NCBI GenBank assembly: GCA_965235115.1
Contig: OZ249436.1
Location: forward strand, 8,558,001-8,622,000
Source of the DNA: Laetmonice hystrix
Lineage: Eukaryota
DNA: 64,000 nucleotides
Direction of reading: 5' to 3'
The notes under the pieces were generated by a model. It searched no databases, had not been told where the DNA came from, and was given only the letters and a program-made list of their open reading frames with translations. Below, one piece after another: positions 26,543 through 38,775 of this stretch; the first letter of the stretch is position 1; every line of letters begins with the position of its first letter. The position numbers were made by a program, and so were the translations under genes.

Positions 26543-27574
26543 CTATAAGGTGGAATTTACCCTGTTGAAGATCAAACCCATCCAGGTAGACAATAATATA
26601 CTGGTGGCGATTAAAATAACCCCACCAATCTCGGGAATGTTGCGATGTCCTGACAAAAAGACTCCCGGGAAGCAGTACTGCAGGATGACTAAAAACACAA
26701 GGCGCGCACTTCCAACGACTACAAAAGCGATCGGTGTCAGCATCTGCTGTGCCGGCACGCTTAACATTGATTCCATTGTCGTGCCCAAACAATGTCCAAG
26801 GAAACATAACCATTGTTTGTAGTTCATCCTGACAACAGGTTCATCAAAGTAAAACATCAAAACGACGGATAGAAGCACGCCTCCGAGTCCGTACCAAAAC
26901 CAAGCGATCACTGGTGTGACATCTCTTAGATGTGTCCTAAAGATGATTGATCTAGTTGTTAGAGACAGTCCAGCTATCACAGTGAAAGCATAACCGATAA
27001 TATCCATTGTTCCGAATGATAATCCCAGATTGACACTTTCCTGGCACATAGACACATCTTTCAAAAACGTGCTGTTCAATGTTATATTTTCTGTACATAA
27101 CACTGGGGGTTGTTTCTTAAAAGGGGGACTTGGCTGGGTGACCAGAAATCCGCCCAGTAGTACACTTGCGACGGAAACGTATTGCGTCACCAACTGTTTC
27201 TCCTTTAAAATCAATCGTGACAAAATCACGGAAGAAGAAAATGTTACCATTTGCTCTACCACAACCTGGTTGCCTAGGGGAATGAGTGCGGACGCTGTAA
27301 CATTCAAAGTGTTGACGACGTTGCTAAGGAATACAACTGATGCGAGCCAAGGCCACAGCTGACGTTGAATGTGCACTCCTGGGTTTGATATGGTCACCAT
27401 CCATACCAGACAGATGAATAGTTGTATTCCATAGCGCCCGATGTTTAACTCGAATGGCGGAATGTAGCCGTAAAGTAGTTGCACGGAAGCCCCAGCGATT
27501 GCACCGGTGAAACTAGATGAAAGTCCTGCCACATACCCAGAAAATACTCCAAAAGATGACGTGATGGACACCAT
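26543..27574 (-). CDS. SLC35G-like / EamA transporter, copy B
   Basis: Intact ORF differing from copy A at 7 residues (V>I, F>S, K>R, L>P, I>T, L>M, N>I). Confidence 0.83.
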   Translation of the reverse strand: MVSITSSFGVFSGYVAGLSSSFTGAIAGASVQLLYGYIPPFELNIGRYGIQLFICLVWMVTISNPGVHIQRQLWPWLASVVFLSNVVNTLNVTASALIPLGNQVVVEQMVTFSSSVILSRLILKEKQLVTQYVSVASVLLGGFLVTQPSPPFKKQPPVLCTENITLNSTFLKDVSMCQESVNLGLSFGTMDIIGYAFTVIAGLSLTTRSIIFRTHLRDVTPVIAWFWYGLGGVLLSVVLMFYFDEPVVRMNYKQWLCFLGHCLGTTMESMLSVPAQQMLTPIAFVVVGSARLVFLVILQYCFPGVFLSGHRNIPEIGGVILIATSILLSTWMGLIFNRVNSTL

Positions 27575-30409
27575 GGCAAACGCCCGACTGCATGAAGCCC
27601 ACACTATTCGTGTACCGGTTGGGTAGGCATACCCAACGTAGGGTTTTTTACGTAGTACGGTGGTATAGTAGAGCCAAAAAAATAAACTCGCCGAAACAAA
27701 TTTTCATTAGGAAAACACAAAAATTTCTCAAAACGACATTTCAAAAGCACGCAAATAGCTTTAAACAGCAACGGCAATCAAACCACATTGCGAAACGATC
27801 GACATTCAGGGAACAACTATATAGGCCTACAGAAGGCCTACAGAACATAGGCCTATTGGTCATTGTGTCATGATAATTAAGGTGATGCGGGCACTATATG
27901 ATCGTATTACGTGCAATGGAATTGGCTCACAATTGGTCAGACTGTCACAGTTGTGGCAGAAGGTTGATATGTGATTGTTATATTGCTATACCATTGGGAA
28001 AAAGGCATGGCTGATATCTTCATCAGTAAGAAAGCCAGACACAAACGATCTGCAGAAATGTATAGCATGAAAGAGGCTAAAACATTTATACCAGCTGTCA
28101 TCCGGAGGCCGGATGGAAACATGCACCTTTTGAAACCTTGGCGATCATAAAAATAAGCCATTTCGGTATCTCGGCTGGCACCATAGAGTCTAGATCTATA
28201 TGCCTACTCGCGCACCTACCGAAAAGAAAAGTAAGAAGAAACGGAGGACATGTTGGGTGCACCCCATCAATCAGAAAAGAAGCGACCACGGCGTAGGCCT
28301 ATAGATATTTCATCATCTCTGCAGAGAACTAGGCTAGGGCTTTCGATGAAGAGAAATTTATCTGATTCTTTCGGGTGTCAAGGGAGCAGTTTTGGCCCGA
28401 TTAGGCCTACTGTTCTACATGGACGACGACCCAGAACTTTCCACTCACCAGACCAGTCATAGATTCTAAGTCCAAGAGAAAGAATAGCAACAGAATGGTT
28501 TAGAAACCCGAACGCGTAGGCCTAGATCTATACGCCTACCTGTAGATTCTACGCGTAGCGGAATTCCCGCCACCTTGACACTTGCACGATTTTGGCCACG
28601 CAATGGCACGAAAAGTGTCGTGGCAAGGCGTGCCATTTTGGTGCCACGATCGTGAAGCAGCCCATGCGCACTGTTCGCGCACTGTTCACGCATAGGTTAA
28701 GGCCCCTTTACACAGGGCTGCGACCTTTGTGCCACCTTTGAGCAACAACAAAAAATGGTCAGGACGCTCAATGGTCGCCTAAACCCAGAAATTGCTGTTT
28801 CTATGCAACTGGTCCAGTGATCCTTGCGCCTCCCTTGAACCACCCAAAATGCAATTTTTGGGCATTTTCATGACGATCTACGAGCGACCTGCACATCCAC
28901 TGAGCCACCTGCCGGCCTCTCCTGTGCTTCCCCTGTGCAACGTACGGCAACATGGGCGACCCACGAGCAATGTTTGGGCAACCATTGAGCCTCTCCTGCG
29001 CCTCCTCTGTGTCATCATCGGCGACCAATGACGATCACTGGGCGACCATTCAGCCATGCTTCTGCCTCCCAGGCGACCTTTGAGCCACCTTTGGGCAACC
29101 AACCTCCTCGACGACCATTGGGCGACCACTGTGCCTCCATTCTCCCCTGCGACCACGGCAATGCTTGTGCCTCTATTCTGCAACCACGGCAATGCTTGTG
29201 ACTCCCTTCTACCTCCTTTGAGCCACCTTTGAGCAACCAACGTCCTCGGCGATCTTTGTGCGACTGTTTTGAACATGTTCAAAAATTCACGGCGACCATG
29301 GCGTCCATGGCGATGTCTGAACCTCCTGTGTACCACCTTTGAATGACCTAGGCAACCATTCTGCCTCCTTTGAACCTCCAACGACGACCTGGCAAATTTT
29401 ATGGTCGTACACGGGAGGCACGAAGGTGGACGGACGCGTGGACGGTGCTGCGCTACCAGTAAATATGAAACGTGTAAACTCCTGTTTCATGACATACAGA
29501 TGTCTGCCACGGGAACCAAACGACCGTATAATAACAAGTCATTATCATTCTTTGTCATGTCTTCCCTTTTTTAACTAGAGCGAGGTTTTTGACAAGCTCT
29601 CTCCACGGGCTATGCATATACGACAAATAATTAGGGGGTGTTACTAGATATATAAATGACTGATTACGGGTGTTACGGGACAGAAACTGTATTATGGTGT
29701 TAGTTAGAATCACAGTTATACACTCAACCACTGCCTTCCATCATATGGCCAACCGCCTTCATATAGGACTCCATCATTCATGACGTTGGTCGTCCATTCA
29801 AGATGTCGTGAAGGTGTGCGAGGGCAGTCGCGAGTCGGCTCATATCGGGTTGGATCGTGTCGCCCAAAATCGTGACAGTGTGCGGCAAGCTTTACGCTAA
29901 CGAGCCATACCGACTGTGGGCGCCCCTCATCGATGAGAAAATCGGGGATGATGAAAAATCTGGTGGATCCGCCTTTACGACTTCTCGCGACTGTGGGCGA
30001 GTGCCAGCGCGCCTCATCGATGACAAGTGATGGCTGGCGAAAAGTAGGCGTAAGGACAACATCAAACGTGTTTGATTTCTCTGGCCGATTCTTGACAGCG
30101 CGCACTCAGTCGCCAGTCGCCAGCAGTCGCTAGCGCTTCATACCGATTCCGGGTGCCATTGAACGATGTCATGCTCTCATGGAAGACAGGAAACCACTTG
30201 CGCCTACCAGCGCTCTCTACCGACCCATGCATGGCGATCCTGGAGATCGCAATAGATCGTAGAACTGCTTCACTGTCCTGCCGCTAGGGGGCCGAGAGAG
30301 CCGTGTTACAACCGTCTAAATCGCGGGGAGCGCAGAATAAAAAGATCCGGCTAGCATCATTACACAGTCCCCATCACCTGAATACTTCACTGCGACATTA
30401 GCTTCTTGA

Positions 30410-30633
30410 GGCTGTTCCCTTATGAACAAGGGTGAGCTGAGCAAGGGTATAGGCCTAAGCATGCAGAAGCTCATGCTAACCGTTTTGCTTACTGTTTTCG
30501 CTTTTTGGGGTGTTTTTCCGCGAGCACGCCTCATGGAAAAAAGCAACCCCCAAAAACGCGAAAACGGTGTGAATGAGCTCATGCTCACCCTTGCTCAGCT
30601 CAGCTCACCCTTGCTCACGGTGGATAGACTCTA
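30410..30633. mobile_element. MITE with imperfect TIRs
   Basis: caagggtgagctgagcaagggt is inverted as acccttgctcagctcagctcacccttg. Confidence 0.6.
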
Positions 30634-33293
30634 AGTAAACAAAAAAACCGGGCCCTGAACTCATAGCAGCCTAGGACCAAGTTAAGCCTACGAAAATCAG
30701 TACATGAGATGCAACTGGAACAAACGTACGGGGAAGGCAAAATCAATGCATGTTAGAGAATCAATTGTGTTCATCATTTGACCAGTTTGACATGGTTGAA
30801 GCTGACAAATTAATGATGGATAAAATTCAGTATCAACATTAGAAATCGTCTTCACCGTTTCATCCAATTGCGTCTTATGCACTGATTTGCGTAGGCCTAC
30901 CTATTAACTTGGTCCAAGGCTGCATTTGGATTGTGGAGGGAAATATTTTAGGATTTTGTTTTTTTCTGAGACCTATAATATTAGGCCTATGCGCTTGTAT
31001 AGTTGCCCGGAACATCTAATTAAAAATTGTGAATTAAGACATTTAGTCGGCCTGAGGCTCTAGGCCTATCTGTTCGCAAAATCTCTCCTTCGAATTCTTA
31101 TAAATGTTGGACAAATATCTTGCATTCAGGGACTCTTCCTCCAGGGTTGGGCGTGGAAGCCCTACAGAAATTACAATGGTAAACTAATAAGAAACACCTG
31201 TCTGGCGGGCTGTTAGACCTACACCTAAAGTAGGCCGTGACAAATTCTTATCGGTTATAAATACTGACGTTTAGCCCATGGGATATAGATCTAGGCCAAC
31301 AGATAACAAAGACAATATGGCCGATAGTCCACAAATGTAGTCCATGAACAGGTGAGGGAATTATTTTCTTCATTTCGTTTTGAAACTTCTGACTAAATAG
31401 TCCTACCAACTGCTTGTATTTAAGTGTCCTCTCGGCGGTTACCTGCACAGATAGTCTACTGGGCCTATATCTCAATGGGCAAGATGGTTTACAATTAGAT
31501 CTAAGTCGGGTTGTTGATCTGCAGGATATATGGTTGAATGCAGGACAGGTCTGCGTTAACTCTCCCCAAATATATCATAGAATACATCATAGATCTATGC
31601 GATTTTATTATCTCTTGAGTAATTATGGTCCTATAATGTTAACAATTGTCACTTTTCAAACATAGCCGTAGTAAAACTCTCACCGGCCTATAACCGTGTC
31701 ATTTTCGAAAACGTCTTAAACTATACTTTATGGAGACCCATGGCCATATTTCCAGTTATAGGTGGTCTGTTTTTTGTTTGGTACAATGTGGCATGATCCG
31801 CAGTTTTGCCTCGATATTTTGAGAGACACTATTAAATAATATAAAGAAGTACACACACAAATTTTAATCACAAATAAGATTGCACATAAGAAAATCTGTA
31901 ATCTGGTGTATGATAAGCAGTGTATACATAATGTGCAACAAGTATAGAGCGAACTGACCTACATATAGCTCAAACAGGTGAATGTGGAAATCTACCTAAG
32001 ACTCATGCATTTGTGGAATCTGCACGGCCTTTTGGCTATTATTTTTAGTTTACTTATTATAAAGTAACCCACCCTAAGCATGGTGATTCTAATCATCACC
32101 AAAGAATAACCTAATGGCCCACCATCCTGACTGCTTGATTCCCCCATCCCAATCCCCAACACTCTTCGCTTCATACGACCTGACTTATTTTATTGACACA
32201 ACCTATTACAATTAACACCATGATTACAATTATAATGTACTGGTAAATATTCGATTAAAATAAAAGAAAGAGAGTAAATATCATGAATACTATTGCTATT
32301 ATATGTAATTATTGTAGCATTTGCCTAAATGATTTGCCTGTACTCCGTTACAGTGTTGAAAATTTTTCTTCTTGTTCCATTTTCCGATCTATTCCGAACT
32401 ATCATATTATTGCAGGAACACTAGGTCTAATGGCATCGGGGCTTTGTAATTAATGTTCTCATGATACCGTACATACCCCCCCCCCCCCACCCCCCACAAT
32501 TCTCTTTCAGTAAAATGAACGCACTTCACCAACATTCATCGTCTTCTTCTTTGTCACTGTAGGCCTACGCGTTTGTGTCATACTGTATAAGTTTGAATGT
32601 GCTTATAATGTTTTAGATGAACCTGCAAAATAGCTTTAAGGGGCGGCTTCGGCTTGTAACTGGCTGGATTGACTCTATATATCTGGTGTGGCATGGTGTT
32701 ATAGCGCATTGAGCGGACACGCGGATCTCCATCGGTGTAGGTGACACTAACATAAACTATAGACTTAAGTCATAGTGGCATAAACTCAAAATTTTCTATA
32801 CCTATAGAGTTTCATTTTATATTTTGCATCTATAGCATGAAAATGATCGCAACAATGGATCCGTGAATTTGAGATAAAGGAGGATCTTGAAATGCCTGTA
32901 GAATTAGATCGCTACTGCGGTAGAAGCATGCACTACTTTGGAAATCGCTATAAAATATGACTGCTCATTTAGGCCTCTATTTTACTTCACCTTCATGGCA
33001 TCAAGACATAGCTTGGAAAGAAGCTGCAATAGCCTCAGTGTTACGAGTCTTTTTCTCCTTTTATCGCGTTGGTACAATCCACTTGCAAAAGACGTGGCTA
33101 GATTCACAAGACTGCGAGTAAAATTTTGGTTAAAATCAAAAGTTCCAGGCTATGGCTTCTGCAAATGGTAGGCCTAAAAACCCTATAAAACTATACTAAC
33201 ATATTAACTTCGCAATTTGGACTATAACGTCATGTACTAATTCTCATCATGACAGGGACTACATTTTGACGGATTTCTTCTCTTTTGACTATA

Positions 33294-35551
33294 ATGTTAC
33301 AACGTCCCAACAAAGATCGTGAAATCGAATACGATTACGACAACCCAAGTATGGAACACACACCTGGAAATGGTCACGACCCTCCCTACCGGGACGAGTC
33401 GGACGCCGGCGTTGTTCGCCCCCACCTCGCTAATCTCGCTCGCACCGAGGACGACGCACAGACAGCGGACAATGAACCAGCACAGTTCAATCCAGATACC
33501 CAGGCTGCCACTGGATCAGAAGGTAAAGTGAAGGGTCTATTTGGAGGAAAGAAAAAAGAAAAGAAAGAGAAAAAAGAGAAGAAAGAGAAGAAGGAGAAGA
33601 AACAAAAGAAGGTAAAGGAGAAGGACGATGAAGAGCCCACTGAGAAGACTTCCGGGGGAAAAGGAAAAGGTCCATTTAAGAAGAAGGGCGGCAAGAAGAA
33701 GGGAGGCACACCGGAAGGGGAGACTGGTCTACAGGACACGGTACCGGTTACCCAAGGGTACCCCGAAGATGAGGGTAGGATGACAATGGACGTGGCCAAC
33801 CCTGCCTTTGAGCCGAGCACCCCAAGTAGTCCTACGCATCCACCCCTCGAGGTAAACAATCGAGGCATGCCCCATATTTCTTCATCTTCTGTTTTCTATT
33901 CGTTCTGGTTTTGTTACCGTATTCCGATTTTGGATGGGAGCCGAGGGGTTAATGATGGGACAAATGGAGGCCCAAGTGATTTCTCTGCCATTTGTGAAGC
34001 AGAACTTAATCATTCATGAACGATAACGTAATAACCCCCGGAAGTATAGCTTTTATAGAGCAGGTGGCTGAAGTGAGAGGGCTCAGACTAGTTATACACT
34101 CATAAAAGTCCCCTAAGAGATGCTACAGCACCCTCCTCTCCCAGTTCTGTCATGGATGCATGCTTGAGTTTTGATATATTATAATTATAAAGTTTATACA
34201 ATACACTATGGATGGAAGCGTCAGTGTACATCATTATTGATTTGGATAAAATACAGGGTAGGGTCTATATTTGACCAATGTGGACGGGTTATTATTTTTT
34301 TTTTTTTTTGGGGGGGGGGGGGGGGTTCTTAGTATGTTGCTGAGTTACATCCCAATTAAAATGCTTGACATCCTGATCCCCAATGCTTCCTATCTTTACG
34401 TCATTTGTGAGACCGGAAATAAACGCTACATTCATCATAAATCTAACCTTACACTCATCTGTATCACTAGCAGGACGTACCCCTAGACCTAACGCACGAC
34501 ACTCCTCCTTACCATGCAGCATCCCAACGACCATCTGATCAGAAAGGATTCAGCTTCAAAAGGTAAAAGAATATCATCCATTCTTATCATAAACAAATAC
34601 AACTTGAAAAAGGATAGATAGTTTTGGGTGTAACGATGTCTAAGTTTTGTTTCGTCATGATAGCGTCTGTCATTCACATAGAAATGCATGTGATTATTTT
34701 ATCTCAAGGTTCATTGCCGTGCCTCCAAAAAAGGAGCCCGATGGTCCGCGACTTGAGCTGAACGAGCTCGAGCCTCAGTCCTTCTGGAGGTGCAGCACCT
34801 TCCTCAATTCGGTGCTCGTCTTCGGGATCCTGCTCGGCATCCTCTTCCTGGCCCTCAGCTCTAACAACAGAACCCTCAAGATCATCGGCCCCTGCTTCCT
34901 TGGCCTTGCCATCTTCGCCCTCATAGGAAAGATCTTTTTCACACTCTTCTGGGAGGAAGTGCCTCTGATTGAAATGAGGCAATCCATCGAAAAGGGTGAG
35001 GTGCCGCGGCCTCAGATTAACTTCACCGGTTCTAAAAAGAAGAGTTCGTCCAAAGCCGCTTACAAGTTAGAGATGGAGAGGCAAGCTGTCGACCAAGAGG
35101 TACACGGGTTCGAGGGCATGGAGAAGCCAAAGAAGAAGAGATCTTTCAGGGGGTCGTTCCTGAAGCGCAAACAGAAGGCGGACCAGGTGTACCCTGAATC
35201 CGACGTGGAAATGGTTCCGGAACCTGATGAACCAGGACGGCACGCTTCGATGTCCTACGATGATGAAATAGACACACGCATGAGGTTTGTTTTTTGTCAA
35301 ACAAAATGTAACATGAGTATATAATTGGCCTATATAGGAACGTTCTTCCCGCCCTCAAGGCTGAGACCCGTTATTCCCCGTTGGCCTGAAACGTATTTCC
35401 TTGAAATCCTTGTCTTTCTCTCTTGTAATTTTAAAATGTAGTGATGACATGGTTATCGACGGCCTTTTATTTTCTGACGTTATACAGAACGGCCCCAGCA
35501 GACTACAGTGAGGAAGTGGACCAGGGACCGATTAAACCAAGTTTTATATAA
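33294..35551 (+). CDS. Uncharacterised ~429-aa membrane protein: Lys/Glu-rich disordered N-terminus and two TM helices (PIRT/TMEM100/TMEM200-like architecture)
   Basis: Exons 33294-33851, 34471-34562, 34709-35284 and 35488-35551 join in frame (phases 0, 2, 2). (KKE)n tract; TM segments LNSVLVFGILLGILFLAL and IIGPCFLGLAIFALIGKIFF; ends KPSFI*. Confidence 0.8.
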
Positions 35552-36081
35552 GAGCAAACCAATCGATTCTTCTGTGTTTGTACAGTCTATATATAGTAGA
35601 GACAAGTAGCATGAGAGTATCATACGATATACATCTCCGTGCACATTAGGAGTTTCAGCGTATTGTAGGGTGCGTAGGCCTATACCTCTCTCACACGAGA
35701 AGGTATCAGTAGGCACTCGCAGGTTGAGAATGTAGTTGACAAGCGATATAAGAAACGAAAGCAGCTAGATCGGAACCCTAAATTAGGCATAGAACTGTTA
35801 CACGTTCTATGATATAGGGTATACCTGTATTTTTCAAATATACATATTCAAATTACAAACTAACCTGTTCTCAGCTTTTATTGAATGTTTTGAATAACAC
35901 AATGTGCAACGCCTTCTATATGATAACTTTCATATGAACGTACAGAAAATAAAAGTATACATGAATTTATACATTTTTATACAAGAAAGTTGTAGGAACG
36001 TAGCGACGTCTTATGGCATAATATCCACCCGTTCGTGTAGGCCATCATACATGTATGGTTGGACGGGAACTAATGTGGAAA

Positions 36082-36777
36082 TTACACCGATGTGATTCTT
36101 TCAAGTGGACAATTCGAATTTAGTCGCTCGGATGTATGCCCATCGACTGCGAAACATTCTTTCTTCGGAGGTTCTTCTTCTTCTTCTTCTTCTTCTTCTT
36201 CTTCTTCTTCTTCTTCTTCATCATCGCAATCACCACCCTCATCATCTTCTTCCTCGTTCTCGGCTTCCTCTTCCTCCATCTCCGCCTGTTCCTCTGACTC
36301 CGTCCCCGCCTCCTCCGACTCCACCTCATTAGTGTCTTCTCCCTCTTCCTCTTCTTCACCCCCCTCCTCCCAGTCTTCCTCTATATATTCGTCATCTTCC
36401 TCACATTCGTTATCCTGCCCCGCCTTGTCTCTGACATCCATGTCTTCTCGGGACGAATATTTAGTCACATCCTCACTGAAGGAGCGAGCCTTACTACCAA
36501 TCGCTGACATCATGTCTCTTATGTCGTCTTCGTCATCAGAGGTGGAAGTATTCGTCTTCCAGACTTAAAGGGAAAACAACACATGTAGGCCTACATCCGT
36601 TATAGGTTTATATAACCATTTCACAAATTTAATTAACGTTAATTACACCATGTACATGTATCGGTTTCTGCGTATCGCTCTAAAAACATTGAAACACTTA
36701 CCTATGACCAGCAGCAGGGGACTGACTATCCACAGACATGCCGAGAAGAATATTAGAATAAAAAGAGCCTCCGTCAT
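36082..36777 (-). CDS. Uncharacterised ~185-aa highly acidic protein with an N-terminal signal peptide or anchor
   Basis: Exon 1 (36702-36777, MTEALFILIFFSACLWIVSPLLLVI, donor G|GTAAGT) joins in phase 1 to exon 2 (36082-36563, Asp/Glu-rich with a poly-Glu run, ends ERITSV*). AATAAA on the minus strand at ~35877. Confidence 0.7.
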
Positions 36778-37779
36778 TTCAAATGTTTCGGCAACGAACT
36801 GAACTTTTAAAACGGTACTGTTTCATCGTCGTGCAGGCTCTGTAGCCCAATGTTAGCCGACTGGTAATAGTAACAACAGCATAGAATCTGATGTGCCGAT
36901 CGACCTATATCTGCATGACATGATAATAAGTTTTCACACCAACATGAGTAGCGACCTAGTTATTATATGCCTATATAGCCAAATAATGTGTTCATCTTTG
37001 GTAGCAATTGTCCGATGGCACGCCACAATAATATGTTATGTCACTTAGGATAGGACTCTGTCTTGTCTCGTCGTGACAGCTAGATGAATGTAGGCCTATA
37101 TTCAACTTGTCCTACACAGGGGTGATATTTAATAAAAGAAAAGAAAAAAGAAAAGTCAATCAACGTGCGTGCATACAGTAGGCTATTTATTATACGTAAG
37201 CCTAAAGGCTGCATCAAGATAGCCTACAGCTACAGCAGTATATATTCACGGGGGGGGGGGGGGGGCATTACCGGGCCGTCCCGTGTTAGCAGAATGAGTA
37301 GGCCTATAGTTCTCTTGTGTAAAGAAACATATCCTATAGGTACACTTCGCTAATATGTTTGGCTGTATCCTTTTTACAATATTAAAAAAAAATTATTATT
37401 TAGATAAAAATTGCAAAGCCAAAGGGGCTTCTTGCCCACGATACCGGAGGTAAAGCGTCCCCTGGAGGCGTCAAGCCATTAAAACCTGGCGGATATAGGG
37501 GCCTAGGCCAGCGTGACATAACATCTGTGCGATTGATGCATGGCCTAGGCCTATGTCTTTCCCCTATATATTTACAGCTAACTAGGCCTACTTCTATTGT
37601 GTTATCATGACCGTACTTCACAAAAAGGTAATGTGCCCAGAGGACAATCTTATAAGAAAATATATGCATAGGAATATTAATTAAAATTTAATGTTGACCT
37701 AAACTTTTCATAAAATTATCTCCAATGGTCTGGAATATAGCCTGACGTCAACACTAACGTCCAATATAATGCAATAACC

Positions 37780-38416
37780 GGCCAGAGAATTCCAACTCAA
37801 GGACTACACTGAGTTAACACTAGACAGTTAAATCTATGTTTATATCATGTGCCAAATAATAGAACCAAATATTTCGAAAACACCATCATCATCCAAGGCC
37901 CAAAATTTGCTAACAAATATAAAACCTTGCTGGAAACCCAATGTAGTATTGGAACATATAAAAGAATGATAAAGAACCTACTTTTCTCAAACATGAGTTA
38001 ACATCCTTAACATCTACCTTGTTCTCTGTGTACTAATGAATATCTAGGGAATCTTATCTAGCTTATCATAGTTAAAATATCTTGTTACATGTCTTTGTCT
38101 ATTTTGTCTTTATGTTTGTCTGATTGTGGCTGTGTTCACACCTGTATGCGTGTTGGTGTATGTTTAGCCTATATATGTTAAAGAAAATTCCAGTATGTAC
38201 AAAAATATATCCTATCCATCAAGTGAAATTGTTTTAAAACCGTAAGAACAGACGACATCACAACAAGTTATTTTTAAACTTGCTGGTGTCCAAATCTCAG
38301 CAGAGTGTAAATCCTGAATTATCAAGTTGTCCTACTGTATGTGTTCTGTATGTTCTGTACTGTGTGTGTATGTTACGCCGGTATTATGTATTAAAGTATT
38401 CGTATTCAAAAAAAAA
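37780..38416 (+). mobile_element. 5'-truncated CR1/L2-clade LINE: ORF2 C-terminus, 3'UTR and A tail
   Basis: Frame LH*VNTRQLNLCLYHVPNNRTKYFENTIIIQGPKFAN...YKRMIKNLL* fits the HxYNTR..RT..GP..N..K..K pattern; ends ATTAAA...A9. Confidence 0.65.
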
Positions 38417-38775
38417 CACAGCCAGGGGCCGTCCCATCACTGAGGCCTGCTAAATATTACAGGGTTCCCACAGGTTGGCTATATTGAAGTTTCATGACTT
38501 TTCCAGACCAAAACTCTCAAATTGCATGACCAATTCCGGATAAAATTAATTAAATACACAGAGGCCCTCGGCCTCTACTTTTAGAACTGCTGATAGCCGG
38601 CAGCGATCGACAATCAACCAGGTCAGCCTGCAGTCGTTCATGATAAACCCGATATGGCAGGATTAGTTCAAGTTTATCCAGTCATTCCGTGGGGTCATTC
38701 CCAGTTTAGGCCTAATCAGGCCGAGGGCCGACAACCGCACGTGTGTAAACACAGCCATGTGACTGGCCCAACAGT

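Larger units (their letters stand above)
22611..29615. repeat. Tandem segmental duplication with ~3.62-kb period (copy A 22611-26015, copy B 26236-29615)
   Basis: Near-identical sequence and ORF track at an offset of 3623-3625. A partial third copy at ~21165-21550 matches ~24615-24998. Confidence 0.95.

Noticed and set aside
22920..27574. Bacterial horizontal transfer of the intronless EamA genes
   Set aside because: SLC35G-type genes are widespread in animals and often have a single coding exon; there is no operon-like context.
36092..36568. Poly-Ser, poly-Leu and poly-Lys ORFs
   Set aside because: Alternative frames or the antisense of the GAA-rich exon of the acidic protein.
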